Shown in pieces: positions 39,607 to 51,100 of a stretch of DNA of 64,000 nucleotides. Numbering within the stretch: position 1 is the stretch's first letter; each line of letters starts with the position of its first letter. Made by a program: the position numbers and the translations under genes. Source of the stretch: Candidatus Zhuqueibacterota bacterium (GTDB lineage: Bacteria > Zhuqueibacterota > Zhuqueibacteria > Thermofontimicrobiales > Thermofontimicrobiaceae); contig JBMOPW010000032.1 in NCBI GenBank assembly GCA_049322915.1, positions 178,496 through 242,495 of the forward strand, in the 5' to 3' direction. Under the pieces are notes generated by a model. The model saw only the letters and a program-made list of their open reading frames with translations, had not been told where the DNA came from and searched no databases.

Positions 39607-41697
39607 ATGATAAGTCAACGTTTTATTAGTCAGTCTATTACAAAGTTCAGTGATACCTTTATCCACTATACAAAAGTTAGCCAGAACACGTATGTTTTTA
39701 TTCTTGGAATTTTAGTAGGAATTCTCGGTGGATTTGTATCGATTGGATTTCGCTGGTTAATTAGTTTTTTTCAGAATATCACTGTTGGTGATTCCCATAA
39801 TATTTTAGAATCACTGCGTGTGATGCCTGTCTATTGGAAAATATTATTGCCGGTTCTTGGAGGGGCGATTGTCGGTCCGATCATCCATTTTTTTGCCAGG
39901 GAAGCCAAAGGACACGGCGTTCCCGAGGTTATGCAGGCCATCGCATTGAAGAATGGAGTCATCCGGCCGCGAGTCGCTATTATTAAATCGTTTGTCTCCG
40001 CAATTACAATCAGCACCGGCGGCTCTGTTGGACAGGAAGGCCCGATCATCCAGGTTGGCTCTGCATTAGGGTCCACCATCGGACAATGGCTAAAAGTTTC
40101 GCCGGATCGCCTGAAAATATTGGTCGGCTGTGGCGCCGCGGCCGGGATTGCTGCTACATTCAATGCGCCCATTGCCGGAGCATTTTTTGCGCTGGAGATA
40201 ATCATCGGCAATTTTGCACTGTTGAATTTCAGTCCCATCATCATTTCGTCGGTAATGGCGACTGTAATTTCACGAGCGTTTTTCGGCAACTATCCCATTT
40301 TTACAATTCCTCATTACTCATTGGTGAGTAGCTATGAAATCCCTCTATACATGGTTCTTGGATTTATAGCCGGATTTGTTGGATTAGCCTTTACGAAATC
40401 TGTCTATGCCAGTGAGAGATTTTTTCACCGGCTCACAATGCCTGATTATTTGAAAACGCCATTTGGTTCGATATTTTTGGGAATCATCATTGTATTTATG
40501 CCAAACGTTTTTGGCGGCGGGTATGAAACAATTGAGTTAGCTTTAAAAGGCGAGATAATTTGGTATACACTTTTCATTCTAATTTTTGTAAAATTGTTAG
40601 CGACCAGCATCACGCTCGGCTCCGGCGGATCCGGTGGAGTTTTTGCCCCATCCCTTTTTGTTGGCGCAGTTACCGGCGGTGCCTTCGGGTATCTTGTAAA
40701 TTATTTATTTCCAAATGTGACCGCCAGTAGCGGCGCGTATGCAATGGTTGGAATGGGAGCTGTGGTTGCCGGAACAACACACGCGCCGATCACTTCCATT
40801 TTGATGCTGTTTGAAATTACCAATGATTATAAAATTATTCTGCCAGTGATGATTTCATGTACCATTTCAACAATATTGGCCCGAAAGCTCAACGAAGATT
40901 CCATTTATACTCTGAAACTCAAGCTTCGTGGCATCACATTGAACCAGGGTCGGGAGGAGATTATCATGAAATCGTTTTGTGTCGGGGATCTGATGAAATC
41001 CAATCCGCCGACAATTGATGAATGCGCCCAACTAAAAAAGATAATCAAAGTTTTTATGACCAGCCAGGAACCATATTATTATGTGGTGAAAGAAAATGGT
41101 GAATTGGTCGGTTCATTGTCCACGCATTTGGTTAAAAATGTTTTGAGTCCTGACGAAAATTTGAATAGGTTAATCATTGCCAGAGATTTGTTAATTCCGG
41201 TAGAATCCTATGTAATGTCGAGTACCACGCTGGCCGATTGTATGGATCAGTTCGAACGAGTGGAGAGTGAACATTTGCCAGTAGTGGAAAGCAACGAAGT
41301 CCGAAAATTGATAGGCAGCATTTCAAAGAAAGATATTATAAAATTGTACAACAGGGAAATTCTTCGGAAGGATGTGTTAGGAATAAAATATGTCAGGGAG
41401 TTCGGGACCGAAAAACAGCGGAACCTTGTGCAGCTTCCCAGGGAATATAAAGTCGAATATATTCCTGTGCCGGATGATTTTATCGGTCGCACACTAAAGG
41501 AATTGAACATTCGTGCTGCCCACAGAGTGACAATTCTGGCAGTGAAAAAAAAGTTGAGCGATCTTGCACTGACAAGTGAAATCCCTAATCCAGAGCGTGT
41601 TTTTGAAAAAGGGGATATTTTAATCGTAGCTGGCAAAGATGAAGACGTGGAACGAATCCGGAAAATGGCAATAATAAAGAGAAGTGAAAAGAAATGA
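39607..41697 (+). CDS. ClC chloride channel/antiporter with CBS pair and C-terminal RCK_C (TrkA-C) domain
   Basis: GHGVPE, GQEGP, FNAPIAG, GGVFAP; CBS domains; FIGRTLKELNIR...GDILIVAG. Confidence 0.88.
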   Translation: MISQRFISQSITKFSDTFIHYTKVSQNTYVFILGILVGILGGFVSIGFRWLISFFQNITVGDSHNILESLRVMPVYWKILLPVLGGAIVGPIIHFFAREAKGHGVPEVMQAIALKNGVIRPRVAIIKSFVSAITISTGGSVGQEGPIIQVGSALGSTIGQWLKVSPDRLKILVGCGAAAGIAATFNAPIAGAFFALEIIIGNFALLNFSPIIISSVMATVISRAFFGNYPIFTIPHYSLVSSYEIPLYMVLGFIAGFVGLAFTKSVYASERFFHRLTMPDYLKTPFGSIFLGIIIVFMPNVFGGGYETIELALKGEIIWYTLFILIFVKLLATSITLGSGGSGGVFAPSLFVGAVTGGAFGYLVNYLFPNVTASSGAYAMVGMGAVVAGTTHAPITSILMLFEITNDYKIILPVMISCTISTILARKLNEDSIYTLKLKLRGITLNQGREEIIMKSFCVGDLMKSNPPTIDECAQLKKIIKVFMTSQEPYYYVVKENGELVGSLSTHLVKNVLSPDENLNRLIIARDLLIPVESYVMSSTTLADCMDQFERVESEHLPVVESNEVRKLIGSISKKDIIKLYNREILRKDVLGIKYVREFGTEKQRNLVQLPREYKVEYIPVPDDFIGRTLKELNIRAAHRVTILAVKKKLSDLALTSEIPNPERVFEKGDILIVAGKDEDVERIRKMAIIKRSEKK

Positions 41698-43052
41698 ATG
41701 GTGTTCGCAGGACTAAATTTTTGGCCTCCTCCCGAATATTAATTATCAGTTTTCTATTAATCATCCTCATTGGGACTGGATTACTCATGCTGCCCCAGGC
41801 GACAGTGGGAGAGACACTCTCATTTATTGATGCCTTGTTCACAGCAACTTCCGCCACCTGCGTTACCGGCCTTGTAATTGCGGATACCGGTACTAAATTC
41901 ACTGTGTTCGGGCAGTTAGTTATTCTCGCTTTGATTCAAGTTGGCGGACTTGGCATAATGACATTTTCCACCTTCTTCGTTTTCCTGCTCATGGGTAAAT
42001 TTTCGCTGTCCGATCGGGATATCATCCAGGAGACGTTCACCCAGTCCCCTTTCAAAAATGTATCAGGCCTGTTGAAATATGTATTTGTCTTGACAATTAT
42101 TATCGAAAGCATTGGCGCTTTACTTCTCACCGCTTGTTTCGCAGAGCAATATTCTCCAGGAAAATCCCTTTACCTGGGAGTTTTCCATTCTGTCGCGGCT
42201 TTTTGTAACGCTGGATTTTCGTTGTTCAACGATAATCTAATGGGATATGTCGGAGACTGGCGTATCAACGTTATCATTATGCTACTGATTATTTCTGGTG
42301 GAATTGGGTTTGTAATTCTCCATGAAGCAAAGAACATTCTTTTTTCAAAAAGACGCACAGTCTTTTCATTCCATTCGCGAGTCGTGTTTATTGTGACGGC
42401 TGCCCTCATTGCCGGAGGCGCCCTCCTCATTTTTTTATTTGAAAGGCAGAATACGCACTTCAATCTTCCACTTCATACGCAGGTGATGGCGTCATTCTTT
42501 CAATCGGTCACCTGTCGCACTGCTGGTTTCAATACAATGGACATTTCGCTCATGGCGAATGCAAGTCTGGTGTTAATGATTTTTCTGATGTTCATCGGCG
42601 CATCGCCGGGATCATGCGGAGGAGGAATTAAAACCAGCACTTTTGGCGTTCTGGTGGCGCTGATGGCGGCGCAATTTAAAAATAGTCAGGATGTGAATTT
42701 GCTCGAACGCCGCATCCCAGTGGATGTCATTTCGAAAGTGCTTTCCGTTTCATTTTTTTCAGTGGTTATCCTTTTTCTGGCCACGACATTACTGATGATT
42801 TCGGAGACAAGCGGGGCATATTCCGTGCAAAGTCGTGGGCTATTTCTGGATGCATTGTTTGAGGTGGTTTCAGCTTTTGGAACTGTCGGGCTTTCAGCAG
42901 GTTTAACGTTCAAATTATCAACGCTGGGGAAACTGATCATTATTATCACTATGTTCATTGGTCGCCTGGGACCTCTGACCATCGTAATGGCTATTGGAAA
43001 AAAAGGTTCGCCCGGATTCAGATATGCCCAGGAAAAAGTGTTAATTGGATAA
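41694..43052 (+). CDS. ktrB: Ktr/Trk K+ uptake membrane subunit (KtrB/TrkH)
   Basis: SATCVTGL, FCNAGF, RTAGFN, GGGIK, SAFGTVGLS, MFIGRLG. Confidence 0.9.
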   Translation: MNGVRRTKFLASSRILIISFLLIILIGTGLLMLPQATVGETLSFIDALFTATSATCVTGLVIADTGTKFTVFGQLVILALIQVGGLGIMTFSTFFVFLLMGKFSLSDRDIIQETFTQSPFKNVSGLLKYVFVLTIIIESIGALLLTACFAEQYSPGKSLYLGVFHSVAAFCNAGFSLFNDNLMGYVGDWRINVIIMLLIISGGIGFVILHEAKNILFSKRRTVFSFHSRVVFIVTAALIAGGALLIFLFERQNTHFNLPLHTQVMASFFQSVTCRTAGFNTMDISLMANASLVLMIFLMFIGASPGSCGGGIKTSTFGVLVALMAAQFKNSQDVNLLERRIPVDVISKVLSVSFFSVVILFLATTLLMISETSGAYSVQSRGLFLDALFEVVSAFGTVGLSAGLTFKLSTLGKLIIIITMFIGRLGPLTIVMAIGKKGSPGFRYAQEKVLIG

Positions 43053-43068
43053 TGGAATAGAGAGGTTT

Positions 43069-43725
43069 ATGCGACGTTTTGCTATCATCGGGCTGAGCGC
43101 GTTTGGCTCGTACTTGACTCGGTATTTGTCTGAAAGCGGTTTGCAGGTTATGGCGCTGGACTCTAATGAGAGTCGGATCGAAAAAGTAAAAAACCTCGCG
43201 TACAAGTCCGTCATTGTAGATGCGCGAGATAAAACAGCGTTGGAGAATCTTGGCATCGCTGATTTTGATGTGGTGGTGGTGAGTCTTGGCGACCAGATTG
43301 ATGCCAGCATTTTGGTCACACTCTATTTGAAGGAACTTGGCGTGAAAGAAATCATCGCCAAGGCGACAACAGAAGATCACGGCAAAATATTGGATAGAAT
43401 TGGCGCAACTAACGTCGTTTTCCCGGAGAAGGACATGGCGTTCCGGCTGGCCAGAAGCCTGGCAAATGTGAATGTTCTGGATGCCATTCCGCTCCTTCCG
43501 GGAGTGAGCATCCTGGAATTTGGCGCGCCGGTATCATTCCTCGGAAAATCATTGAAGGAACTCGATATTACCAATCGATTCGGGGTTCAAATTATTGTCA
43601 TCAAAGAAATCGTTCCGGAGAACCTGGTGGTTGTCCCTCGCGCCGATCACATTTTAAAAGATAGTGATATTCTCATCGGAATTGGCAAGGATGAAGATCT
43701 GGAGAGATTGCTAAAAGTGAAATGA
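43069..43725 (+). CDS. ktrA: Ktr/Trk K+ uptake regulatory subunit (KtrA/TrkA)
   Basis: RCK_N (IIGLSAFG, VVFPEKDMA) plus RCK_C. Confidence 0.88.
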   Translation: MRRFAIIGLSAFGSYLTRYLSESGLQVMALDSNESRIEKVKNLAYKSVIVDARDKTALENLGIADFDVVVVSLGDQIDASILVTLYLKELGVKEIIAKATTEDHGKILDRIGATNVVFPEKDMAFRLARSLANVNVLDAIPLLPGVSILEFGAPVSFLGKSLKELDITNRFGVQIIVIKEIVPENLVVVPRADHILKDSDILIGIGKDEDLERLLKVK

Positions 43726-43974
43726 ATAGCATGCCGGCCGTGATTTTCTGAAGAGGGAAAGCACTTTAGCGTATTGCATTTCGAAAGAGGGGAAGTCAGT
43801 TAGTTGATTGCAGTGTGCCTTTGGCTTTTCAGAGGTTCAGTGAAGAAAAAGCAACTGAATTAACCTGAAACGCGTCAGAGGCGCCGGGATAGCTGAGCAT
43901 GAAAACCAGACCGCAGTGGCGGTCAAAGAACGATAGAGATATGAATTGAAGTGAAAACATTGGGAGAGTGATTT

Positions 43975-46335
43975 ATGATGGAGGGCAATTTTACGCGACT
44001 GAAAGATATTGATGAAATCGATGATATCATAGTTCCTGATGAGCTACCGATACTACCGCTTCGTGACTTCATTGTCTACCCCCACATGGTGTCTCCGCTG
44101 ATTATTGCCCGGCCTAAATCTTTGCAGCTTGTCGATAATGTCATGGCCGGTGAGAAAATCCTGGGCCTTGTCGCCCAGCGCATGCCTGAAGAGGAAGAAC
44201 CCAGTTTTCAATCGCTTTTTAAATATGGCACGGCTGCTTATATTTTGAAAATGCTTCGTTTCCCGGATGGAAGTCTTAGAATTTTGGTGCAGGGACTGGC
44301 GCGAATTAAAATCACCAAAGCTGTCCAGCATGACCCGTATTTTATCGCGCGCGTGAAGCGCCTCGAAGAAAAATTTGAGATGAATATCGAAGTCAAAGCG
44401 CTGGCGCGTAACATCGCTACCCAATTCCAAAAAATAATCACGCTGGTACCAAATCTTCCCGACGAGCTGCAAATCGCAGTGATGAACATGGATGATCCCG
44501 GCCGGCTGACAGATTTATTGGCTTCCAATATCAATCTGTCTTTGGTGGAGAAGCAGAAGATACTGGAATTGCTGGACACCCGCGAACGGATGGAACAGCT
44601 CACCAAGTATCTGAGTCGTGAACTTGAAGTGCTGGAGATGGGAACGAAAATTCAAACTCAGGTTCAGTCCGAGATGGGAAAAAATCAGCGGGAATATTAT
44701 CTTCGTGAGCAGCTCAAGGCAATTCAAAATGAACTGGGTGAATCGGATGAACGAACCACGGAGATAAATGACCTCCGCAATAAAATCGCCAAGGCGAATA
44801 TGCCGGAGACCGCTGAAAAAGAAGCGCTGCGGGAATTGAATCGCCTTTCCAAAATGCCATTAGGCGCTGCGGAGTATACAGTCTCCCGGACTTATCTCGA
44901 TTGGCTGATTGCCATTCCCTGGAATAAATCCACTGAGGACAATCTCGATATAGCTGTCGCAGAGAGGATTCTCAATGAAGATCATTATGACCTGGAAAAG
45001 GTGAAAGAGAGAATTCTGGAGTTTTTAGCCGTTCGAAAGCTAAAGAGAGATATGAAAGGACCGATTCTCTGCTTTGTCGGGCCGCCGGGGGTTGGTAAAA
45101 CTTCACTGGGTCGCTCCATCGCCCGGGCGCTGGGCCGAAAATTCATCCGCATTTCATTGGGTGGTGTTCGAGATGAAGCAGAAATTCGAGGTCATCGACG
45201 AACCTACATTGGCGCGCTTCCCGGCAGAGTTATTCAGGGAATTAAAAACGTCGGCTCCAATAATCCCGTATTCATGCTGGATGAAGTGGATAAAATTGGC
45301 CAGGATTTTCGCGGCGATCCAAGTTCGGCGTTGCTGGAGGTGCTTGATCCTGAGCAGAATTTCTCGTTTTCAGACCATTACCTGGATGTCCCGTTCGACC
45401 TTTCCAGGGTGTTGTTCATTACGACCGCGAATTATTTAGATCCCATTCCTGCAGCGTTTCTGGACAGAATGGAGGTCATTGAACTGCCAGGCTATACTGC
45501 CGAAGAGAAAGTGCACATCACGTATAAATATTTGATCCCCAAACAACTGGAAGATCACGGCCTGCTGAAGAAACATGTGCTGTTCCATCGCTCTGCGGTG
45601 AATGAAATTATTGCGAATTATACCCGAGAGGCAGGCTTGAGAAATCTGGAGCGTGAAATCGCGAAGATATGCCGCAAGGTTGCCAGAAAAATTGCCAGTG
45701 GAGATACATCAAAAGTAGTCATCGATAAAAAGACTCTGTCTTCGTTTTTGGGCCCTGAAAAGTACTACTCGGAAGTCGCCGAGCGAATCACAGAATCCGG
45801 CATCGCGACCGGTCTGGCCTGGACTCCCTATGGAGGTGACATTTTATTTATAGAATGCAGCATAATCAAAGGCCAGAAAGGACTGATGCTGACCGGCCAA
45901 CTGGGCGATGTGATGAAAGAATCTGCGCAGGCTGCGCTCACCTATGTTCGTTCCAGAGTGCAGAATCTGGGAATTGGTAAAAAGCAGATTGAGAACAGTG
46001 AGATTCATATTCACGTGCCGGCCGGCGCCATTCCCAAGGATGGGCCCTCTGCTGGAATTACAATGGTCATTGCCATCATTTCATTGCTGAAGAATAAGCG
46101 CGTGAAAAAGGATGTGGCGATGACGGGTGAAATTACGCTGCGCGGGAAGGTGCTACCCATTGGTGGGGTCAAGGAAAAAATATTGGCTGCAAAGCGCGCG
46201 GGAATAAAGAAGGTGATTCTGCCGGCGAAAAATGAAAAGGATTTGAGTGAACTACCCCCGGAAGTGCGAGAGTCGATTGAGTTTCATCTTGTCGATAAAA
46301 TCGATGAGGTGGTTGATTTGATATTCAATCGTTAG
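43975..46335 (+). CDS. lon: Endopeptidase La
   Basis: [35 protein letters not shown]. Confidence 0.97.
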   Translation: MMEGNFTRLKDIDEIDDIIVPDELPILPLRDFIVYPHMVSPLIIARPKSLQLVDNVMAGEKILGLVAQRMPEEEEPSFQSLFKYGTAAYILKMLRFPDGSLRILVQGLARIKITKAVQHDPYFIARVKRLEEKFEMNIEVKALARNIATQFQKIITLVPNLPDELQIAVMNMDDPGRLTDLLASNINLSLVEKQKILELLDTRERMEQLTKYLSRELEVLEMGTKIQTQVQSEMGKNQREYYLREQLKAIQNELGESDERTTEINDLRNKIAKANMPETAEKEALRELNRLSKMPLGAAEYTVSRTYLDWLIAIPWNKSTEDNLDIAVAERILNEDHYDLEKVKERILEFLAVRKLKRDMKGPILCFVGPPGVGKTSLGRSIARALGRKFIRISLGGVRDEAEIRGHRRTYIGALPGRVIQGIKNVGSNNPVFMLDEVDKIGQDFRGDPSSALLEVLDPEQNFSFSDHYLDVPFDLSRVLFITTANYLDPIPAAFLDRMEVIELPGYTAEEKVHITYKYLIPKQLEDHGLLKKHVLFHRSAVNEIIANYTREAGLRNLEREIAKICRKVARKIASGDTSKVVIDKKTLSSFLGPEKYYSEVAERITESGIATGLAWTPYGGDILFIECSIIKGQKGLMLTGQLGDVMKESAQAALTYVRSRVQNLGIGKKQIENSEIHIHVPAGAIPKDGPSAGITMVIAIISLLKNKRVKKDVAMTGEITLRGKVLPIGGVKEKILAAKRAGIKKVILPAKNEKDLSELPPEVRESIEFHLVDKIDEVVDLIFNR

Positions 46336-46361
46336 CACTAACACACACAGTTACCTATTAA

Positions 46362-46404
46362 AAAATCAGGGTTTCGATACATTGAGACGACCTGATTTTT
46401 TTTT
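46362..46404 (+). terminator. Intrinsic terminator after lon
   Basis: AAAATCAGG...CCTGATTTT stem followed by a long T tract. Confidence 0.75.
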
Positions 46405-46473
46405 GTCAATTTCAAATAGTTATTTCACGGAATTAATTTTTTACAAGAACTATTAGGGAATTGTAAAAAAATC

Positions 46474-46502
46474 TTGACAATTGAACAGATATTTACTATT
46501 AT
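46474..46502 (+). promoter_or_regulatory. Near-consensus sigma70 promoter of the STAND-kinase operon
   Basis: TTGACA-17 bp-TATTAT. Confidence 0.7.
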
Positions 46503-46580
46503 AGTTAACAACCTACACTTCTCCAACGTGCGACTCTGTTATTCATTATCAAATATTAATGAAAACAAAGTGAAAAGTTC

Positions 46581-48167
46581 ATGCAAAAAGAAAACCTGCC
46601 CCCTATTACTTCTGAATCACTGAATCAACTTTTATCATCTATAAACACGGGGTGTAGCCCGGAATGCCAGACTTTCATCAAAGAGTTCTATTCGCTGCTT
46701 TCGAGGGAATTGGATTTCCCGATTCATCAGGTACGATTTCATTCACATTTTTCTGTGTGTTATATGGATATGAGCGACATTCGAATTGAAGTGAGCGCCG
46801 AAACTCCATTTTTTCATATCCACCCGGACGCTGAGAAGAAATATCTTATCAATGAAATATTCTATCATATTAAGAAGTCTTTATATAGTAAAAATTTACA
46901 GGAAAAAATTTGTTTTATCTATTTCGATGGAAAGAGCAGTGAATTACAGGAATTAATAAAAAGTTCATACCTGGATATCGTATTACTGGGCAGAGCAGAT
47001 ATTGTGAAGGTTGTTTTTTCAGATCATAAAAGAGCCATGTTGGTGAAGTTAATCTCCGAGCAGCATGGCATTTCGATCATTTCTCCATTTAGCTATACGC
47101 GGGTGCCGACCGGGGGTATGTTTTATGGTCGCAAAGAGCAGATGAATAAATTGATTCGAAGTAATTTTGAAACTAATTTTGCAGTCGTGGGGTCAAGGCG
47201 TATTGGGAAGACGACGATTCTATTGAATTTGAAAAGGCACTTTGATCAGGAAAAATTGTTTCATGCCATTTTTTTAGATTGTTACCGAATTCAGAATATT
47301 TCCGAGTTCATAACGAAAATAGTCACTGAATTGGATGTCAGGTCATCGCTGAAAGTGAACATATCGACATTCCATGATTTTATGTCGCGGATGAAAAGTC
47401 GGTTCAATAAAAACCTGGTACTCATCCTCGATGAAATTGATGAACTTCTGGAGTATGATAAGACCTACAATTGGCAGCTATCGCGAATTTTTCATTCACT
47501 GGCTTCCGAGATTGTGTGCAAAATTATCATTGCCGGGTACCGTCGGCTCTATCAGGAAATCAATAATCAGCATTCACCGTTCTTCAAATACTTTGAACAG
47601 ATCCAGATAAAGGAGCTCGATGATACTTCAGCGCGGCAACTCATACTGGAGCCGCTGGATGACATTGGAGTAAAAATAAAAGATCGAGCCGGTTTCTCAG
47701 AAATGATCATGCATCTCTCCTCGAATCACCCCCAATTTATTCAATTTTTTTGCAGCTTGCTCATTGACCTTGTGAATAAGGAAAATCGAAACGAAGTGAC
47801 GAAGGACGATGTGCTGAAGTTAGAGGGTCAGGATGAATATTTCCACTTTGTGATGGACACATTCTTGATCAACACCGATCAATTCCAGCAATTGATCGTC
47901 TACGAAATGGCTCAATATAATTCTTTTGATGAGCAATTGGTGATTGAAAAATTAAAAGAAAATTACCAGGTGGATCTCTCCATTACATCAATCCAGAAGG
48001 ATTGTGTTGAATTGGAGTTAGCGAATATCTTGAAACGAGAAAAGTCGGTATACAAATTCGCGTACCCGGCGCTGCCAAAAATATTGAACAGCGATTTCAA
48101 CCTTACATTCAGAAAGCAGGCAATTGCCCGGGAAATATTAGCCGAGGGTAAATACTATGTCAAGTAG
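46581..48167 (+). CDS. STAND/AAA-type P-loop ATPase with unknown N-terminal domain and wHTH-like C-terminus
   Basis: SPF...FYGR, Walker A GSRRIGKT, Walker B LILDEID, SPFF, NHPQFIQ. Confidence 0.8.
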   Translation: MQKENLPPITSESLNQLLSSINTGCSPECQTFIKEFYSLLSRELDFPIHQVRFHSHFSVCYMDMSDIRIEVSAETPFFHIHPDAEKKYLINEIFYHIKKSLYSKNLQEKICFIYFDGKSSELQELIKSSYLDIVLLGRADIVKVVFSDHKRAMLVKLISEQHGISIISPFSYTRVPTGGMFYGRKEQMNKLIRSNFETNFAVVGSRRIGKTTILLNLKRHFDQEKLFHAIFLDCYRIQNISEFITKIVTELDVRSSLKVNISTFHDFMSRMKSRFNKNLVLILDEIDELLEYDKTYNWQLSRIFHSLASEIVCKIIIAGYRRLYQEINNQHSPFFKYFEQIQIKELDDTSARQLILEPLDDIGVKIKDRAGFSEMIMHLSSNHPQFIQFFCSLLIDLVNKENRNEVTKDDVLKLEGQDEYFHFVMDTFLINTDQFQQLIVYEMAQYNSFDEQLVIEKLKENYQVDLSITSIQKDCVELELANILKREKSVYKFAYPALPKILNSDFNLTFRKQAIAREILAEGKYYVK

Positions 48168-51100
48168 AAATGATTTTCAACAGATCATTATTGCGGGGAT
48201 AATACGCGGAAATTACTACTCCTTATTAGGACCGCGCTATAGCGAAAAGACCTTTTTTCTCCAGAAGGTCATTGAAGAATTAGAAAAAGATGAATTTATG
48301 AAGTGTATCTACTGGGAGGCGACAGAATTACAACGTGTGACGAAAGCAAAAACTCTCTACAACAATCTGCAAAGAATAATCGAACTCAAACTTAGAGAGG
48401 CGTACGATGGAGACTCAACATCGATCAGAAAACCGGCACGTGATAAGGAATTCCCAGCACTATTCTCTCAACCCATCAACTCCAGCAACCGCTTCCAGGA
48501 ATTTTTATCGGTCATTTTAAAGAATTACAATTATCGATTTGTCATTGTACTGAACAGGTTACAACTACTGCCGAAGTATGTGACCAGAGGTATACTCTCC
48601 AGTTTGCGAGAAATCTATAATTCAAGGGAAGTGAAAAAAGAATTCACGCGATTAAATGTCATCATCTCAGGAAGTAGTAACCTGCTAGAATTCACCAATG
48701 ATGAAAATTCTCCTTTTAATATTTCACATCCACTGTTGCTGGGACCATTAACGCGGGATGAGGCGCAGAGCAAATTGAACGCGTATTCTGAGCATGAAAT
48801 TTACTGTACTATGAAAGCACGTGAGTATCTGCTGAAGGAGTTCAACAATCATCCCTATTTTATCAGTAATATCAGCCCTGTCATTTTTAAATATGTGCAC
48901 GGAAAAGATGAACATGCGGTAACTCTGGATCATGCCAGGCGCTATTTGAATGATTTTATCAGAGATCAGGTGCAGAATCTTAGTGACCGGTACCTCAAAG
49001 AAATGGTTGTACGAGTGAAGGATGATATTGATATCTATGAGGCCATACTTGAATTGCTGAACTCGGGAAAAGTAAATCATCAAGAGCCAGAACGCGGTGT
49101 CAGCAAATATACGCTGAGCGGAGCGATGGTTAAAAATAAGCGAATGCTGGAGTTTACGAATAATGTGGTGAAGCGCTTTTTAAAACTTTATTTTAACGAC
49201 CTGACAAAAGGTGATATTTATCTGAAATTCAGCCAATGGGAAAAAGCGTTAGATCATTATAAAAAGCACAAAGCAAATCCTGATCGCCGGACTAAAATAT
49301 TGGAATTGAAGCGAATCGAGGAATCGATCACGTCACTGATAACATTAATCAACAAATGCATGGAAAGCGTCAAGGTCTGGGAATATTTCGTTGATAGTTT
49401 ATATTATATTATTGGATTCGATTCTGTTGAAATATTTGAACTGAAGGTGAGAGATCACACGAAAGTCATGCGTTTAACGCGGCGACATTGCAGGAATCCG
49501 CGTCATGGAAAATATTTGACAATCACGAGCCGTTCTGAGAATTTGGCCCGATACGCACTGGAGAGCAATAAATATGTGCTCAGCTTCAATGGAAGGGAGG
49601 CGGCATTCCCGACACGAAGCTGGGATGAAAAACGGAAGTGGATTGTCCTGTTCGATATGATCAATACTCGAAAGGAAATTCAGGAGGACCTGTGCAAAAT
49701 AATTGAACATTTTCTTGTTATCACCACATCTGTGATAGATCGGTTGTATTCCAATTTTGATATGTTCGACATGCTGGGTGAAGAGGTCAGCATCATCGAC
49801 AGGGATTATAATATGCTTTACATGAACAAGGCGCGTCGCGATAAATTCGACGCCGAAATCGATGTAAGCAAAGAGATGAAGTGCTATCATAAATTGGCTG
49901 GCCGGAAATTATTAGCTGAAGGAGAAAATGGATCCGATGCCGGCGTTTGTCCGGAATGCCCGGCGAAGGAAGTTTTTGAAGAATCCGAAAAGACAAGTCG
50001 TATGGCGTTGCGCCGGCCCCAGAGTTTCTGTTGCGAGATCGCCAACAACAAGGAATATTATTTATTACAAACATCGCTCACAATGCGAGATGAATATGGT
50101 AAGTTTACCAGAGCCATCAACATTTCCCGGGATGTCACTAAAATAAAACGAGCCAACGACCTGATTGATGACATTATTAATATTCAACAGCACGAGAACC
50201 TGGACGAACTGTTTCAACTCGTTTTGAAAAATATTTCCCTCATGGGATATGACCGAGTACGGTTTTATGAATATTTCTTAGAAAAACAGGGGGATGCGAA
50301 ACTGGTCTTGAACCACTATTACGGAATGGGCGAGAGAACATATCTCAATCGATTCGTGTTGGATTTAAATTCGATGGGAGTTTTACGCGAAGCGTTTGAC
50401 AATAAAAACTTAGTAGTCTGTCGGGTGAGGAAAAGTGATTTTCCTGAACGTTCCTGGGGGTGGATTCAGACGCTTGAGTTGGAAAACCTGGATGTTTTGT
50501 TCGCTCCTATTTACAACAACAACAGGCCATTTGGATTATTGAGCATAGATAATAAAACATCGCATGTACGATTCGAGGAAGAAGATAAACGGACCATCAA
50601 TAATATCGCCCGGTATATTATGTCCGCCGTCCAGAATATACTATTTTCGAAGAATCAAAAAATACTCTTTCAGATTACAAGTGAACTACATAATCACACC
50701 ATGTTGAAGACGCTCCTGCCCCGCATCTGCGAATCCATACTCATGCAGTTCAACGTTCGGACGTGCGCAATTTTCTTGTTCAATAAGTATCGAAATCATC
50801 TTGGCGCTTACTCGACGAAAATAATGCTGGATGGAAAAATCACTACAATCAATATCAACGAACATTATGTTCCAGGCGAGGCAATTACGGGCAAGGTGTA
50901 TGCTCACGGCCGTCCTGTAATTATCAATGACTTAGCCAACTATCCCGGCGATATCAGAGATGACTATAAAGCGAAAACTGAGAAGCACATCAAAGAAAAA
51001 ATAAAGAATTGCCTCTTTGTGCCAATTATCTCAGAATCAAAAATTTTAGGAATAATTCGCATCGTCAACAAACTGAATGCGAATAAAAAATTGTCTTCCA

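Noticed and set aside
46332..46358. CIRCE-like TTAGCACT
   Set aside because: Right arm does not match GAGTGCTAA and the site overlaps the lon stop codon
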